This document shows positions 19,532 to 28,821 of a DNA stretch of 64,000 bases, piece after piece. The notes below the pieces were generated by a model. That model saw only the letters and a program-made list of their open reading frames with translations, ran no database searches and had not been told where the DNA came from. The position numbers and the translations under genes were made by a program. The DNA lies in assembly GCA_041640635.1 (NCBI GenBank), contig JBEPZX010000002.1, forward strand, positions 32,001-96,000, in the 5' to 3' direction. Source of the stretch: Aquificaceae bacterium (GTDB lineage Bacteria; Aquificota; Aquificia; Aquificales; Aquificaceae). Position 1 is the first letter of the stretch. Every line of letters begins with the position of its first letter.

Positions 19532-20412
19532 ACCACTACAGGTAAATTATACTTCTTTAGTATTTGAAGTAATTTGCTCTCATTTTCGGGTTTCATCTCA
19601 CAAAGTGGCAATCTAAATTCCTTTTCACACATACCAAGCATCCAACATGCGGTTTTTACCGGTATAGGATTTGTCTCTATAAACAAAACCTTAAACAAAT
19701 CCAAAAGATAATAATGCATCTGCCTTGCTTTTTCAAAGTCTCCATGTAAAGCGTAGTCTACAAGACTTTTTACTTCCCTTGGAAGGACGTTATTTGCTAC
19801 GGATATTACACCTTTTGCACCTAATGCCATCATGGGAAGCGTTAAGGAATCATCTCCAGAAAGAATAACAAAGTTATCACCTAAGGTTTTATGAAGTTCC
19901 GATATTCTATCCATGTTTGGAGTGGATTCCTTGGACCCAATTGTATTTGGGCAATCCTTTACCAAGCGGTATATAGTTTCCACAGATATTTCCACACCTG
20001 TTCTAGAAGGAATATTGTAAAGGATTATTGGTATATCCACTTCATCGGCTATTGTTTTAAAGTGTCTGTATATTCCTTCTTGGGTAGGTTTGTTATAGTA
20101 GGGTGCTACCAAAAGACATCCATCTGCTCCTACCTTTTTGGCATGGTATGTAAGCTCTATGGCTTCGTGTGTAGCGTTTGCTCCTGTCCCTGCTATTATT
20201 TTTATCCTGCCTTTTGCATACTTTACCGCATGTTCTATTACCTTTTCATGCTCCTCAAAGGTGAGCGTAGGTGATTCACCAGTTGTACCACAAACAAGAA
20301 TGGCATCTGTAGAGTTGTTTATGTGAAAGTCTATGAGTTTTTCTAAAGCTTGAAAGTCCACTTCTCCATCTTTAAAAGGCGTTATTAGTGCTACTATTGA
20401 ACCTTGAAACAT
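19528..20412 (-). CDS. dapA: 4-hydroxy-tetrahydrodipicolinate synthase
   Basis: GTTGES, PYYNKP, LYNIPSRTG, KES, ETNPIPVK. Confidence 0.97.
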   Translation of the reverse strand: MFQGSIVALITPFKDGEVDFQALEKLIDFHINNSTDAILVCGTTGESPTLTFEEHEKVIEHAVKYAKGRIKIIAGTGANATHEAIELTYHAKKVGADGCLLVAPYYNKPTQEGIYRHFKTIADEVDIPIILYNIPSRTGVEISVETIYRLVKDCPNTIGSKESTPNMDRISELHKTLGDNFVILSGDDSLTLPMMALGAKGVISVANNVLPREVKSLVDYALHGDFEKARQMHYYLLDLFKVLFIETNPIPVKTACWMLGMCEKEFRLPLCEMKPENESKLLQILKKYNLPVVV

Positions 20413-20426
20413 ACTATAATTTTAGC

Positions 20427-20609
20427 ATGTACGATTTGAAAATTCTCGTAAATGGTAAAGAAATTAGATTAAAGGATTTTCCCAAAAAAGTTGCATACAA
20501 TATAATAGTGGGATACATTAATAGCTTGAATTTGGAGGAATCACCTCGAGAAATAAGTATAAATGTTAAAGTCCAAGAAAATAGTTCAAGTTCTCACCTT
20601 TCAGGTTGA
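20427..20609 (+). CDS. Small hypothetical protein resembling the C-terminal domain of archaeal MobB
   Basis: ATG 20427; ILVNGKEIRLKDFPKKVAYNIIVGYINSL...PREISI pattern recalled from MobB C-terminal extensions (not searched). Confidence 0.55.
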   Translation: MYDLKILVNGKEIRLKDFPKKVAYNIIVGYINSLNLEESPREISINVKVQENSSSSHLSG

Positions 20610-21519
20610 AGAAGAAAAACGCTTAGATACCTTTTTAGCAAGTGCCTACCCTGAGTTTTCAAGAAGTTACATACAAACGATAATACATGAAGGATACGTT
20701 TACGTAGACTCTAAGGAAGTAGTAAAACCATCAAAAAAAGTAAAGCCAGGTCAAGAAGTCACGCTCTATGTGCCAGAACCAGAACCTATTCAAGTGGAAC
20801 CAGAGAACATACCTTTGGAAATAGTTTACGAAGACGAAGATATACTTTTGCTTATAAAACCTTGCGGTTTGGTAGTTCATCCTTCTCCGGGTTATACAAG
20901 TGGTACTCTTGTAAATGCTCTTTTATATCACATAAAGACCTTGTCTTCTATTGGAGGATATGAAAGACCAGGAATAGTTCACAGGTTGGACAAAACTACG
21001 GCAGGGCTTATGGTGGTTGCTAAAAGGGATTTAGCTCACAGAAAGTTGGCAGAGGGTTTTAAAGAAAGAAAAGTTCTAAAGTTCTATAAGGCTTTGGTAA
21101 ACGGCATTCCCAAACAGGATTACGGTATTATAGAAGCCTCCATTCAAAGGCACAAAAAGGAAAGAACAAAGTTTACAGTATCTGAGGATGGAAGGTATGC
21201 AAAAACCGAGTTTTGGCTGGATAAAACCTTTCCACGCTTGAATGTATCGCTTTTAAACATAAGAATACACACAGGTAGAACACACCAAATAAGGGTTCAT
21301 TTGTCTTCCATAGGACATCCTATACTAGGTGACAAAACTTATGGATTTAAGCCGTCTTCTTTACCAAAAGATTTGGTTAGCTTAATAGGTGAGTGTAATA
21401 TGTTAATTAGCTACAGACTTGGATTTAAACACCCTACAAAAGGAAACTTTATGGATTTTACTATAGATTATCCAGAGCCCTTTAAAAGTGTGCTGTCCTA
21501 CTTGGAAAAGCTAGGTTAA
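20563..21519 (+). CDS. rluD: RluA/RluD-family pseudouridine synthase
   Basis: S4 domain RLDTFL...SRS, RPGIVHRLDK, TGRTHQIRVH; exact start uncertain. Confidence 0.9.
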   Translation: MLKSKKIVQVLTFQVEEEKRLDTFLASAYPEFSRSYIQTIIHEGYVYVDSKEVVKPSKKVKPGQEVTLYVPEPEPIQVEPENIPLEIVYEDEDILLLIKPCGLVVHPSPGYTSGTLVNALLYHIKTLSSIGGYERPGIVHRLDKTTAGLMVVAKRDLAHRKLAEGFKERKVLKFYKALVNGIPKQDYGIIEASIQRHKKERTKFTVSEDGRYAKTEFWLDKTFPRLNVSLLNIRIHTGRTHQIRVHLSSIGHPILGDKTYGFKPSSLPKDLVSLIGECNMLISYRLGFKHPTKGNFMDFTIDYPEPFKSVLSYLEKLG

Positions 21520-21787
21520 AAGCGAATCACCTTACCAGACTCTGAATCTACTATCACAGATCCGCTTTCACATTTCACGTAGTAACACTTGTTACTCCTT
21601 TTGTTAAACTCAGACTTTGCGGAATAGACTTCACCTATATGTTGTCTAGCTATCTTTATAGCTTCCTCTATCTTTATATTGGCTTTACATGGTGTGTGAT
21701 GTGCCTTTGGATATTCATAACGATGTTCGTAGTATTTCATAGTGAAATAGCCAATGAAATAAAAATGGCTCCCCAAACTCCTCTCAT
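21516..21787 (-). pseudogene. PepSY-like protein, frameshifted paralog of the 21810-22061 gene
   Basis: Signal peptide MRGVWGAIFISLAISL* (21787-21737) is in a different frame from the PepSY body (EEAIKIARQHIGEVY...VDSESGKVIRF). Confidence 0.6.
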
Positions 21788-21809
21788 AACCTGTTTTCTT
21801 TTTGCGGTT

Positions 21810-22061
21810 TTAATTTTTCGATCTATAAAACCTTACCAGTTTTCCGGAAGTTGAATCTATTGTAGCTGTGCCTTCTTTGCCTCTAACGTGATAAAAGCAC
21901 TCCCCTGTCTTTTTTGCCCTGCTTAGTCTTATGGTATAGACTTCACCAACATACTGTTTAGCCGCCTGCAAAGCACGCTCCACTCCTATGGTATTTTGGC
22001 ATTCTTCATAGGAAAAAGACAGAAAAACCCAGCTAAGAATTCCTAATATAACTTTCCCCAT
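21810..22061 (-). CDS. Small exported PepSY-like protein
   Basis: AAGGGAG RBS; signal peptide; ERALQAAKQYVGEVY...YHV...IDSTSGKL; two Cys. Confidence 0.7.
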   Translation of the reverse strand: MGKVILGILSWVFLSFSYEECQNTIGVERALQAAKQYVGEVYTIRLSRAKKTGECFYHVRGKEGTATIDSTSGKLVRFYRSKN

Positions 22062-22096
22062 TTCTATCTCCCTTAATAGTTTATTTTTCTATCATT

Positions 22097-22909
22097 TTAA
22101 TACAACTTATATGCAACTGGTAATACTACATACACCTTGACAGGAGGTTTTGGAAAAAGGTAACATGTTCTTTTAATAGTTTCTAATGCATTTTTATCTA
22201 AAATCTCGTATCCACTAGACTCTACTATCTTAACATCCTCTAAGGATCCGTCTTCTTTTAGCATTATACCAAGCAAAACTTTACCTTCCCATCCCATTTT
22301 TCTTGCTATATGCGGGTAGGTTATGTTTTTTTGGACTATGGAAGAAATAACCGCCAGCTTTTCTTTTATGTAGAGTTCTCTTTCTGATAGAGTTTGCTCG
22401 TTTCCTTTGTGAGCTATAGTTTTATGCGAGGCATCAGTGGTAGATTGAGAAAGGTTCGTTTTCCCTTCCTTATCGTTGGATGTGGGTTGGCTGGTAATGG
22501 TCGGCAAAGGCGTAGACTTTTGGACCAAGTGTTCCCCAGAAAGTGAAGTGCTTGGCTTTGGCTCGGTTTGTAGGCGTTCATCTGCGGTAGTAAGGGTTTT
22601 TGAGTTTTCTGTTTTCTCTTCCTTTGTTTGTTCCAAAGATGCACTTTGACGTAGAGACTGAGTTTTTAACTCTTCTGTGTTTGCGTTTTTATAAATTCTT
22701 TCTTGATATGTTTTATGAGCTGAAAAATCCCTTTCATCTGGGATTTTTCTTTTTTCTTCTATCCTTTCGTAAGCTTCAAAAAAACTGAGGTCTATCTCCA
22801 AAACTTCCTCTTTCATGTCTACCAACGGTTTAAACACAAACAAGAAAATTAAAAAAAGCGTAAGGTGGATTAGAAGGGACAAACCAAAGGATGTGGACCT
22901 TGCGTTCAT
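22097..22909 (-). CDS. tonB: Energy transducer TonB
   Basis: N-terminal TM with SxxxH, long linker, YP..ARKMGWEG.V, SSGYEILD..A. Confidence 0.9.
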   Translation of the reverse strand: MNARSTSFGLSLLIHLTLFLIFLFVFKPLVDMKEEVLEIDLSFFEAYERIEEKRKIPDERDFSAHKTYQERIYKNANTEELKTQSLRQSASLEQTKEEKTENSKTLTTADERLQTEPKPSTSLSGEHLVQKSTPLPTITSQPTSNDKEGKTNLSQSTTDASHKTIAHKGNEQTLSERELYIKEKLAVISSIVQKNITYPHIARKMGWEGKVLLGIMLKEDGSLEDVKIVESSGYEILDKNALETIKRTCYLFPKPPVKVYVVLPVAYKLY

Positions 22910-23286
22910 CTTACCACCTGTGTCCTTATGAAAACTTTTTGAAACTTGAGCTTTTTCAAAAGATCGAGCGTATCTACAAGAACCTGAACCCTTGCATCCT
23001 TATCCGCATACAAGCTTATGTTGGCTTCTCTGCTTATGTTGCCCAGTATCTTCTCCAGATCCTCTAAGCTTACAATCTTTCCCTCAAACATAATTAAACC
23101 TTCCTTACTTAAAGCGATGTTGTAACTTTGGATAGTTCCTTGATCCGAGCTTTTACTTTGTGGAAGTTTTACAGGTATAGAGCCTTGTACTACAAAAGTG
23201 GCTGTTATCAATACTATGGTCAAAAGCACCAGCATTATATCCACAAGAGGTATAACGTTGATGGAACTAAACTCTTTATCTTCCAT
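22906..23286 (-). CDS. exbD: Biopolymer transport protein ExbD
   Basis: INVIPLVDIMLVLL, LYADK. Confidence 0.93.
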   Translation of the reverse strand: MEDKEFSSINVIPLVDIMLVLLTIVLITATFVVQGSIPVKLPQSKSSDQGTIQSYNIALSKEGLIMFEGKIVSLEDLEKILGNISREANISLYADKDARVQVLVDTLDLLKKLKFQKVFIRTQVVR

Positions 23287-23701
23287 TCTTTGCCTCCCAA
23301 AGAAGCAAAAACTCCTTAACTTTCCTTATCAGGTAGTTGTAAAAAAGGGTAGAAGGTATAGCCACGAGCAAACCTATAGCGGTAGCCTTTAAAGCTAAAG
23401 CGAGTCCAACCATTATTTTTTTTGTGTCCACTATACCTTCGGTCCCTATGGTATAAAAGGTCAGAAGTATACCCAATACCGTTCCCAAGAGACCTATGTA
23501 TGGCGCATTGGAAGCAACCGAAGCAATCCAAACAAGACCTTTGCTTAAATCTATTTCCAACTCCTGTTTTGTTTTGTATTTGGATACATCCACTTTTTTG
23601 TAGTAAAGGATTCTCTCCAATGCTATACCCGTCGATAGCACACTTGCAAGAACCAATACCCCTATCACACCGTAATCTACGATAGTTGTTATTACGTTCA
23701 T
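23276..23701 (-). CDS. exbB: TonB-system energizer ExbB (short form)
   Basis: SNAPYIGLLGTV.GI, ALKATAIGLLVAIP. Confidence 0.93.
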   Translation of the reverse strand: MNVITTIVDYGVIGVLVLASVLSTGIALERILYYKKVDVSKYKTKQELEIDLSKGLVWIASVASNAPYIGLLGTVLGILLTFYTIGTEGIVDTKKIMVGLALALKATAIGLLVAIPSTLFYNYLIRKVKEFLLLWEAKNGR

Positions 23702-23724
23702 ATTAATACCATTTTAACTTTAAA

Positions 23725-25146
23725 TTAATGATGATGTACATGCATGTGCGGTGGGAACAGAATCATTACAACAAGTGCAAACAAACTAAGCAGTAAGTAA
23801 ACTACCGGTAAGGCGGAAGCAAGAGTATACACCTTTACCCTGTTTTCCTGACTTAAGAGTTTTACTCTGTGCCACAGTATATGAAGACTCCAAAATCCAG
23901 CTATGAAGGGAAATACCCTAAAGATCATAAGCCACTTGTCTCCCCTTTTGGCTAAAGGTTCTACATAAACTCCCAAACCAAAGGCTTGGGGAAAACCATT
24001 AACTATGTTGTGATAGTACTCTATAAAGAAAAACTCCAGCACGTGAGAGAGTCCACCCACAATCATAAGCGGTGCAAAGGCATAGCCAAGCGTTAGCAAA
24101 ACCCTGTTAAAGTCCACTTTAATGATATTAGCGATAGCTTTAAACGTTACAAAAACTATAAAAAGCACCAAAGCTGTAGCCATTAGCATAGCAACCAATC
24201 CAGAAACGTCTATCCATTTGGGAAGACCCAAGCTTGAAGAGACACCTTTTCCTATAACAATCCAAGGCATATACTCACCTATACCTGATCTGGAAAGACC
24301 GTGATGAAATCTCATCGTAAAGGTTATAACAGCCACAAGTAGTATGTAAACCCAAACTTCTATGGCTTTTGGTTGCTTTATGAGTTTGTAAAGACTGCTA
24401 CCAAAACCCCTGTATTCCAACTTTACGGAAGGGCATGCATTAGCACACTCCATACACAAGGTGCATCCAAACATGGAGTTTTTCTCATCAAACTTGGAAG
24501 GGTTCAATTTGTAGGGACAAGCCAAGGCGCAAACAGGTTTTTTACACTCTTTGCAGTCTTCCTGATATGTGGAGAGCCATAAGGCACCTGTGCGAGCAAA
24601 GGAGGGATTCACACTACCTATGGGGCATACATACTTGCAGTATGCCATATCTCTAAAAAGGAAAAAGAAGACAAAAGCTACAAAAGTAAAGGTGAAAAAG
24701 AAAAGGGCTGTTACCCAAGGTGTTCTCAAAAGGTTAGGGAAGGTGTAGAGCAAAAACCAGTAAGCCAGTATGTTTGTCCCTATTAAGCCTATGTATGGGT
24801 TTGCAAGCCATTTAGGCATACGCAGTTTAAATCCATACCTTGTCAGGTACTTACCTACAAATCCGTGGGGACAAACCATGCAGAAGACGTTTCCCAAAGT
24901 AGGTAGCGTGATTACCATAAAAAAGGGCCAAAAGATAGACCAAAAAACTGCATTGGTAAAGATGTTGTCCTTTCCTGGGTTTAAAAAGCCGTAGACTATG
25001 GCGTAAATTAGGAGAAGTAGCGTAAAAAGCCTATAAAAGGTGAGCATATACTTGTTCTTGAATAAAAAACCCAAAATAGGTATTCCAAATATGTCCCTTT
25101 TGTCCCTCCTTTTTGTAAGCTGTAAGTTAACCCTCTGCACACTCAT
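23725..25146 (-). CDS. NapH/CcoG-like polytopic membrane 4Fe-4S protein with His-rich tail
   Basis: FCMVCPHG, YCKYVCPIG, CKECKKPVCALACP, CTLCMECANACP; about 10 TM; ends HMHVHHH; AAGGAGG RBS. Confidence 0.8.
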   Translation of the reverse strand: MSVQRVNLQLTKRRDKRDIFGIPILGFLFKNKYMLTFYRLFTLLLLIYAIVYGFLNPGKDNIFTNAVFWSIFWPFFMVITLPTLGNVFCMVCPHGFVGKYLTRYGFKLRMPKWLANPYIGLIGTNILAYWFLLYTFPNLLRTPWVTALFFFTFTFVAFVFFFLFRDMAYCKYVCPIGSVNPSFARTGALWLSTYQEDCKECKKPVCALACPYKLNPSKFDEKNSMFGCTLCMECANACPSVKLEYRGFGSSLYKLIKQPKAIEVWVYILLVAVITFTMRFHHGLSRSGIGEYMPWIVIGKGVSSSLGLPKWIDVSGLVAMLMATALVLFIVFVTFKAIANIIKVDFNRVLLTLGYAFAPLMIVGGLSHVLEFFFIEYYHNIVNGFPQAFGLGVYVEPLAKRGDKWLMIFRVFPFIAGFWSLHILWHRVKLLSQENRVKVYTLASALPVVYLLLSLFALVVMILFPPHMHVHHH

Positions 25147-25159
25147 GGCTTAACCTCCT

Positions 25160-27271
25160 TTAAAAGTTGTAAGACAACTTAACAAGCACACTTCTTGGAG
25201 TTGCTGGTCTGTATCTTTTTACTCCGTCGGTATCCTTTGTAACTTCGATGGCATATCGTTTATCAAACAGGTTATCTACACTAACGCTCAAATCCCAATT
25301 TTTCTTTTCATAGCCTACACTTAGGTTTGTAAGAAACTGGTAGCCTTGATACTTTTCCGTGTTTGCATTGTCCATGTAATAGCTACCCCATGTATTAAAA
25401 TCAAGGGAAGCTCTTATACCCGTAGAATGTTTTACCTTGGCAAATAAAGAATACTGGTGCATAGGCACGTAGGGAAGTCTGTTGCCATCTCTGGACACTG
25501 TTATAGTTGTATTTCCAACTCTAACTGGTTCGCTGAATTTCTTAAACTTGTAATCTGAATACGCATAAGTTAAACCTATGCTGAGCCAATCTAAAAGGGC
25601 GTAAGAAGTGGACAGCTCAAAACCTTTTTTGTCCGTCTTACCTGCGTTCACAAAATTTGTTTTTCCACCTGCCTCCACAACCCTGACTACTTCCTTCTCA
25701 ACAGGCATATAGTAGAGGGCTAAATCGAGATAGAGCTTTTGAGTCCTTGCCTTCATTCCCACTTCGTAGTTGTAAACTCTTGAAAGATCCAAATTGGGGT
25801 TTGTTTGAATTTCACCGGAAGCTGGAGTTTGCCCCGCCGTAGAGTATGAAGCGTACAAGCTTAACCAATCAAAGGCTTTATATGTTATACCTACACGTGG
25901 ACTGATAAAGTTGTAGTCCTTGTCAATGGAGTAGATACAGTTTGATGTGCAATTTTCATATTTACCTGTTGAAAAGTTATAGTCGCTCCACTTTTGACCA
26001 CTTATATCAAAGGTTACCCTATCGTATCTTACTCCTAGGTCTATAATGAAGCTTTTCAAGTTTATGGACTCTTGAATAAAAACACCATATAGGTTAGTAT
26101 CTTGCTTTTGAATTTCCGATAAATCCCCTGCTCTGTCAGAGAGTGTTGCTATAATCCTTCCTGCTTGTGGACCATTTTGGATGGTTTGAACTTCTGCATA
26201 CTTATAGTACTTAGTTTTTTGATCGTTTGATCTGAAACTCAAACCAGTTATTAGTATTCCAAAGGATTGCTTGTAGTTGAGCTGTATGTCCGTTCCGTAA
26301 ACTTTAGTATCTGCATCGTTTATACGACCCGTAACTGGGTGGTAATGGGACCATTTGTTTATGTATACAAGAGGCGCAAGTTCCAGTTTCTCACTGATTG
26401 TTTTGTTAAGCTTAGAGCTAAAGAAAAGTATCTCTGAGTATCTCCCCATATGTTTCCAAGGATCAGCGGTAACTTCTACAGTGCCAGTTTCTTTGTATGT
26501 CTTCCACTGGTCTATTCCTCTTGCAGGGTTCACCACCAAGGGACCTGGGAGTTGCAAATCCGCTTTTGTGTAGCTAATGTAGTTTTCCCATACATCTCCA
26601 TTGGAAAATAGGTAAGCAGGCTGGAGTGTAAACTGGGTAGTTTTAAACTCGTTCCAATGTCTCCAAGAGTTGTCTGTCTGCCTTCTGCTTGCATTAAAAC
26701 CCAGATACCAACCAGAAGAACCTATAGGTGTAGAGTAGTAGGCGTTTAGTATGTAAGTGCTGTAGTCTCCTACTCCAAACCTTAGCTGTCCGCCTTTTCT
26801 TTCTATAGGGCTTTTAGTGATGACATTTACGACACCACCGCTTGCGTTTATACCCCACATGGTGGAATTGGGACCTTTTACCACCTCCACCTGTTTTATT
26901 AGGTAAGTGTCAACAAAGTCAAGCCTTGTAAGAGAATCTGGATCCGTTATAGGCACTCCGTTTAACAAAACCATTATTTCCCTTATCCCAAAAGGAGCTT
27001 TCAGACCACCACCTCTGATAATGAGTCGTGTATCGTACCCCATATTTCGTGATGTTACATTAACCCCAGGTATACCTTGCAAAGCCTCATACAACCCTAT
27101 CATAGCCTTGTCTTTAATTTTTTCTTCACTTATCACGCTTACACCCGCAGGTGTGTCCTTTACCTCCCTTTCCACCCTTGTAGCGGTCACGCTCACCTCT
27201 TCGAGCTTGACTTCTTGAGCGTGCGACAAAGAAAAAGCAAATAAAGCTGACATTAAAAACCTTTTTTGCAT
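25160..27271 (-). CDS. TonB-dependent outer-membrane receptor
   Basis: Signal peptide, TonB box EEVSVTATR, plug IRG...VEVVKGP.S..WG.NA.GGVVNVITK, NLFDKRY, terminal LSYNF; start ATG 27271 or GTG 27277. Confidence 0.93.
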   Translation of the reverse strand: MQKRFLMSALFAFSLSHAQEVKLEEVSVTATRVEREVKDTPAGVSVISEEKIKDKAMIGLYEALQGIPGVNVTSRNMGYDTRLIIRGGGLKAPFGIREIMVLLNGVPITDPDSLTRLDFVDTYLIKQVEVVKGPNSTMWGINASGGVVNVITKSPIERKGGQLRFGVGDYSTYILNAYYSTPIGSSGWYLGFNASRRQTDNSWRHWNEFKTTQFTLQPAYLFSNGDVWENYISYTKADLQLPGPLVVNPARGIDQWKTYKETGTVEVTADPWKHMGRYSEILFFSSKLNKTISEKLELAPLVYINKWSHYHPVTGRINDADTKVYGTDIQLNYKQSFGILITGLSFRSNDQKTKYYKYAEVQTIQNGPQAGRIIATLSDRAGDLSEIQKQDTNLYGVFIQESINLKSFIIDLGVRYDRVTFDISGQKWSDYNFSTGKYENCTSNCIYSIDKDYNFISPRVGITYKAFDWLSLYASYSTAGQTPASGEIQTNPNLDLSRVYNYEVGMKARTQKLYLDLALYYMPVEKEVVRVVEAGGKTNFVNAGKTDKKGFELSTSYALLDWLSIGLTYAYSDYKFKKFSEPVRVGNTTITVSRDGNRLPYVPMHQYSLFAKVKHSTGIRASLDFNTWGSYYMDNANTEKYQGYQFLTNLSVGYEKKNWDLSVSVDNLFDKRYAIEVTKDTDGVKRYRPATPRSVLVKLSYNF

Positions 27272-27391
27272 ACACACCTTCTGTTAAATTACTAGAGAAT
27301 ATCAAACTATTTTAACATAAAAATAAACAATAAAATAAACTAAAATTAACATAAAGCTGTAAGCTTCTCTGCCTTATAATTTCTCCTTACC

Positions 27392-28525
27392 ATGTACCTA
27401 ATGAACACTTACAAAAGGCTTCCCGTAAGCTTTGTAAGAGGAGAAGGCGTGTATCTTTTTGATGAGAAAGGTAAAAAGTATTTGGATATGGTGGCAGGGA
27501 TAGCTGTGAATGCTTTGGGCTACAATCATCCAAAGCTGGTAGAAACCTTATGTGAGCAATCAAAGAAACTCATGCACGTGTCTAATCTCTTTGAGAATCC
27601 ATGGCAAGAGGAAGTGGCAAAGCTATTGGTTGAGCACTTTCACGACAAAGATGGAAAAGTGTTTTTTTGCAACAGTGGAGCAGAAGCCAACGAAGCAGCC
27701 ATAAAGCTCACAAGAAAGTATTTCAAAAGTGTAGGAGAAAAACAAAGATACAGAATAATAACTTTCTATAAAGGTTTTCACGGCAGGACTTACGGCAGCA
27801 TGTCAGCTACGGCTCAGGAAAAAATCCATCTTGGTTTTGAACCTCTGCTGGATGGCTTTGATTACGCAACTTTGAACGATTTTGAGTCTGTGCTCAAACA
27901 ACTAAACAAAAACACCGCAGGCATTATGCTAGAGGTTATACAAGGAGAAGGTGGGATAAACGAAGCACAGGTGGAGTTTTTGCATAAAGTTTACGAACTT
28001 TGCAAAAAAGAAGGGCTTCTTTTGATAGTGGATGAGGTGCAAACAGGTATTGGCAGAACGGGAAGCTTTTACGCCCACCAACACTTTGGAATCAAGCCTG
28101 ATATTGTAACACTGGCAAAAGGTTTAGGAGGAGGTTTCCCAATAGGAGCTGTAGTAGCTACGGATGAAGTGTCCAAAGCCTTTGCACCTGGGAGTCATGG
28201 ATCCACCTTTGGAGGAAACCCTTTGGCTTGTGCATGCGCAAAGGTAGTTATAGAAGAAGTTAAAAAATTACTACCACAGATAATAGAGGTAGGAACTTAC
28301 TTCAAGAAAAGACTCAAAGAGCTTGGTAAGGTTAAAGGTATAGGGTTAATGTTAGGTTTAGACATAGGAAAGGACTGTCAAGAGGTAGTTTTAAAAGCAT
28401 TAGACAAAGGTCTCATAATTAACTGCACAGCCCAAAGCGTTATAAGGTTGGTGCCTCCACTAATTATTCAGAAAGAGCATGTGGATGAGTGTGTGAGTAT
28501 TTTGAAAAAGATAGTAAATTGGTAA
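27392..28525 (+). CDS. argD: Acetylornithine aminotransferase
   Basis: NSGAEANEAAIK, FHGRT, DEVQTGIGRTG, LAKGLGGG, HGSTFGGNP. Confidence 0.93.
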   Translation: MYLMNTYKRLPVSFVRGEGVYLFDEKGKKYLDMVAGIAVNALGYNHPKLVETLCEQSKKLMHVSNLFENPWQEEVAKLLVEHFHDKDGKVFFCNSGAEANEAAIKLTRKYFKSVGEKQRYRIITFYKGFHGRTYGSMSATAQEKIHLGFEPLLDGFDYATLNDFESVLKQLNKNTAGIMLEVIQGEGGINEAQVEFLHKVYELCKKEGLLLIVDEVQTGIGRTGSFYAHQHFGIKPDIVTLAKGLGGGFPIGAVVATDEVSKAFAPGSHGSTFGGNPLACACAKVVIEEVKKLLPQIIEVGTYFKKRLKELGKVKGIGLMLGLDIGKDCQEVVLKALDKGLIINCTAQSVIRLVPPLIIQKEHVDECVSILKKIVNW

Positions 28526-28792
28526 AGCTGGGCTATAAATTTTCCTACGTGTTTGAAGCTACAAGGTGCACCAAGGAAGGTGGATCAAAAAGTTGAGCTC
28601 TGTGTATTGGCAGTTACCAATGAGGTGCTCAAAAGTAGCTCCATCATGTCCGCAAAGAGTAATGATAGAGCAAATTTTTTAACTTTTTTTACCCGGTGTG
28701 GGTGCCCAAAGCCATATCCACAGAGCTATAGCCATGTATGCCTCGTAAATTTGAGCGCAGGACACCAGGTTATTTCTCCCATCTATCAAAAA

Positions 28793-28821
28793 TTGACAAA
28801 TCATTCATTGCGTAATATAAT
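28793..28821 (+). promoter_or_regulatory. Consensus sigma70 promoter of the Ni/Co operon
   Basis: TTGACA (28793-28798), 17-nt spacer, TATAAT (28816-28821). Confidence 0.85.
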
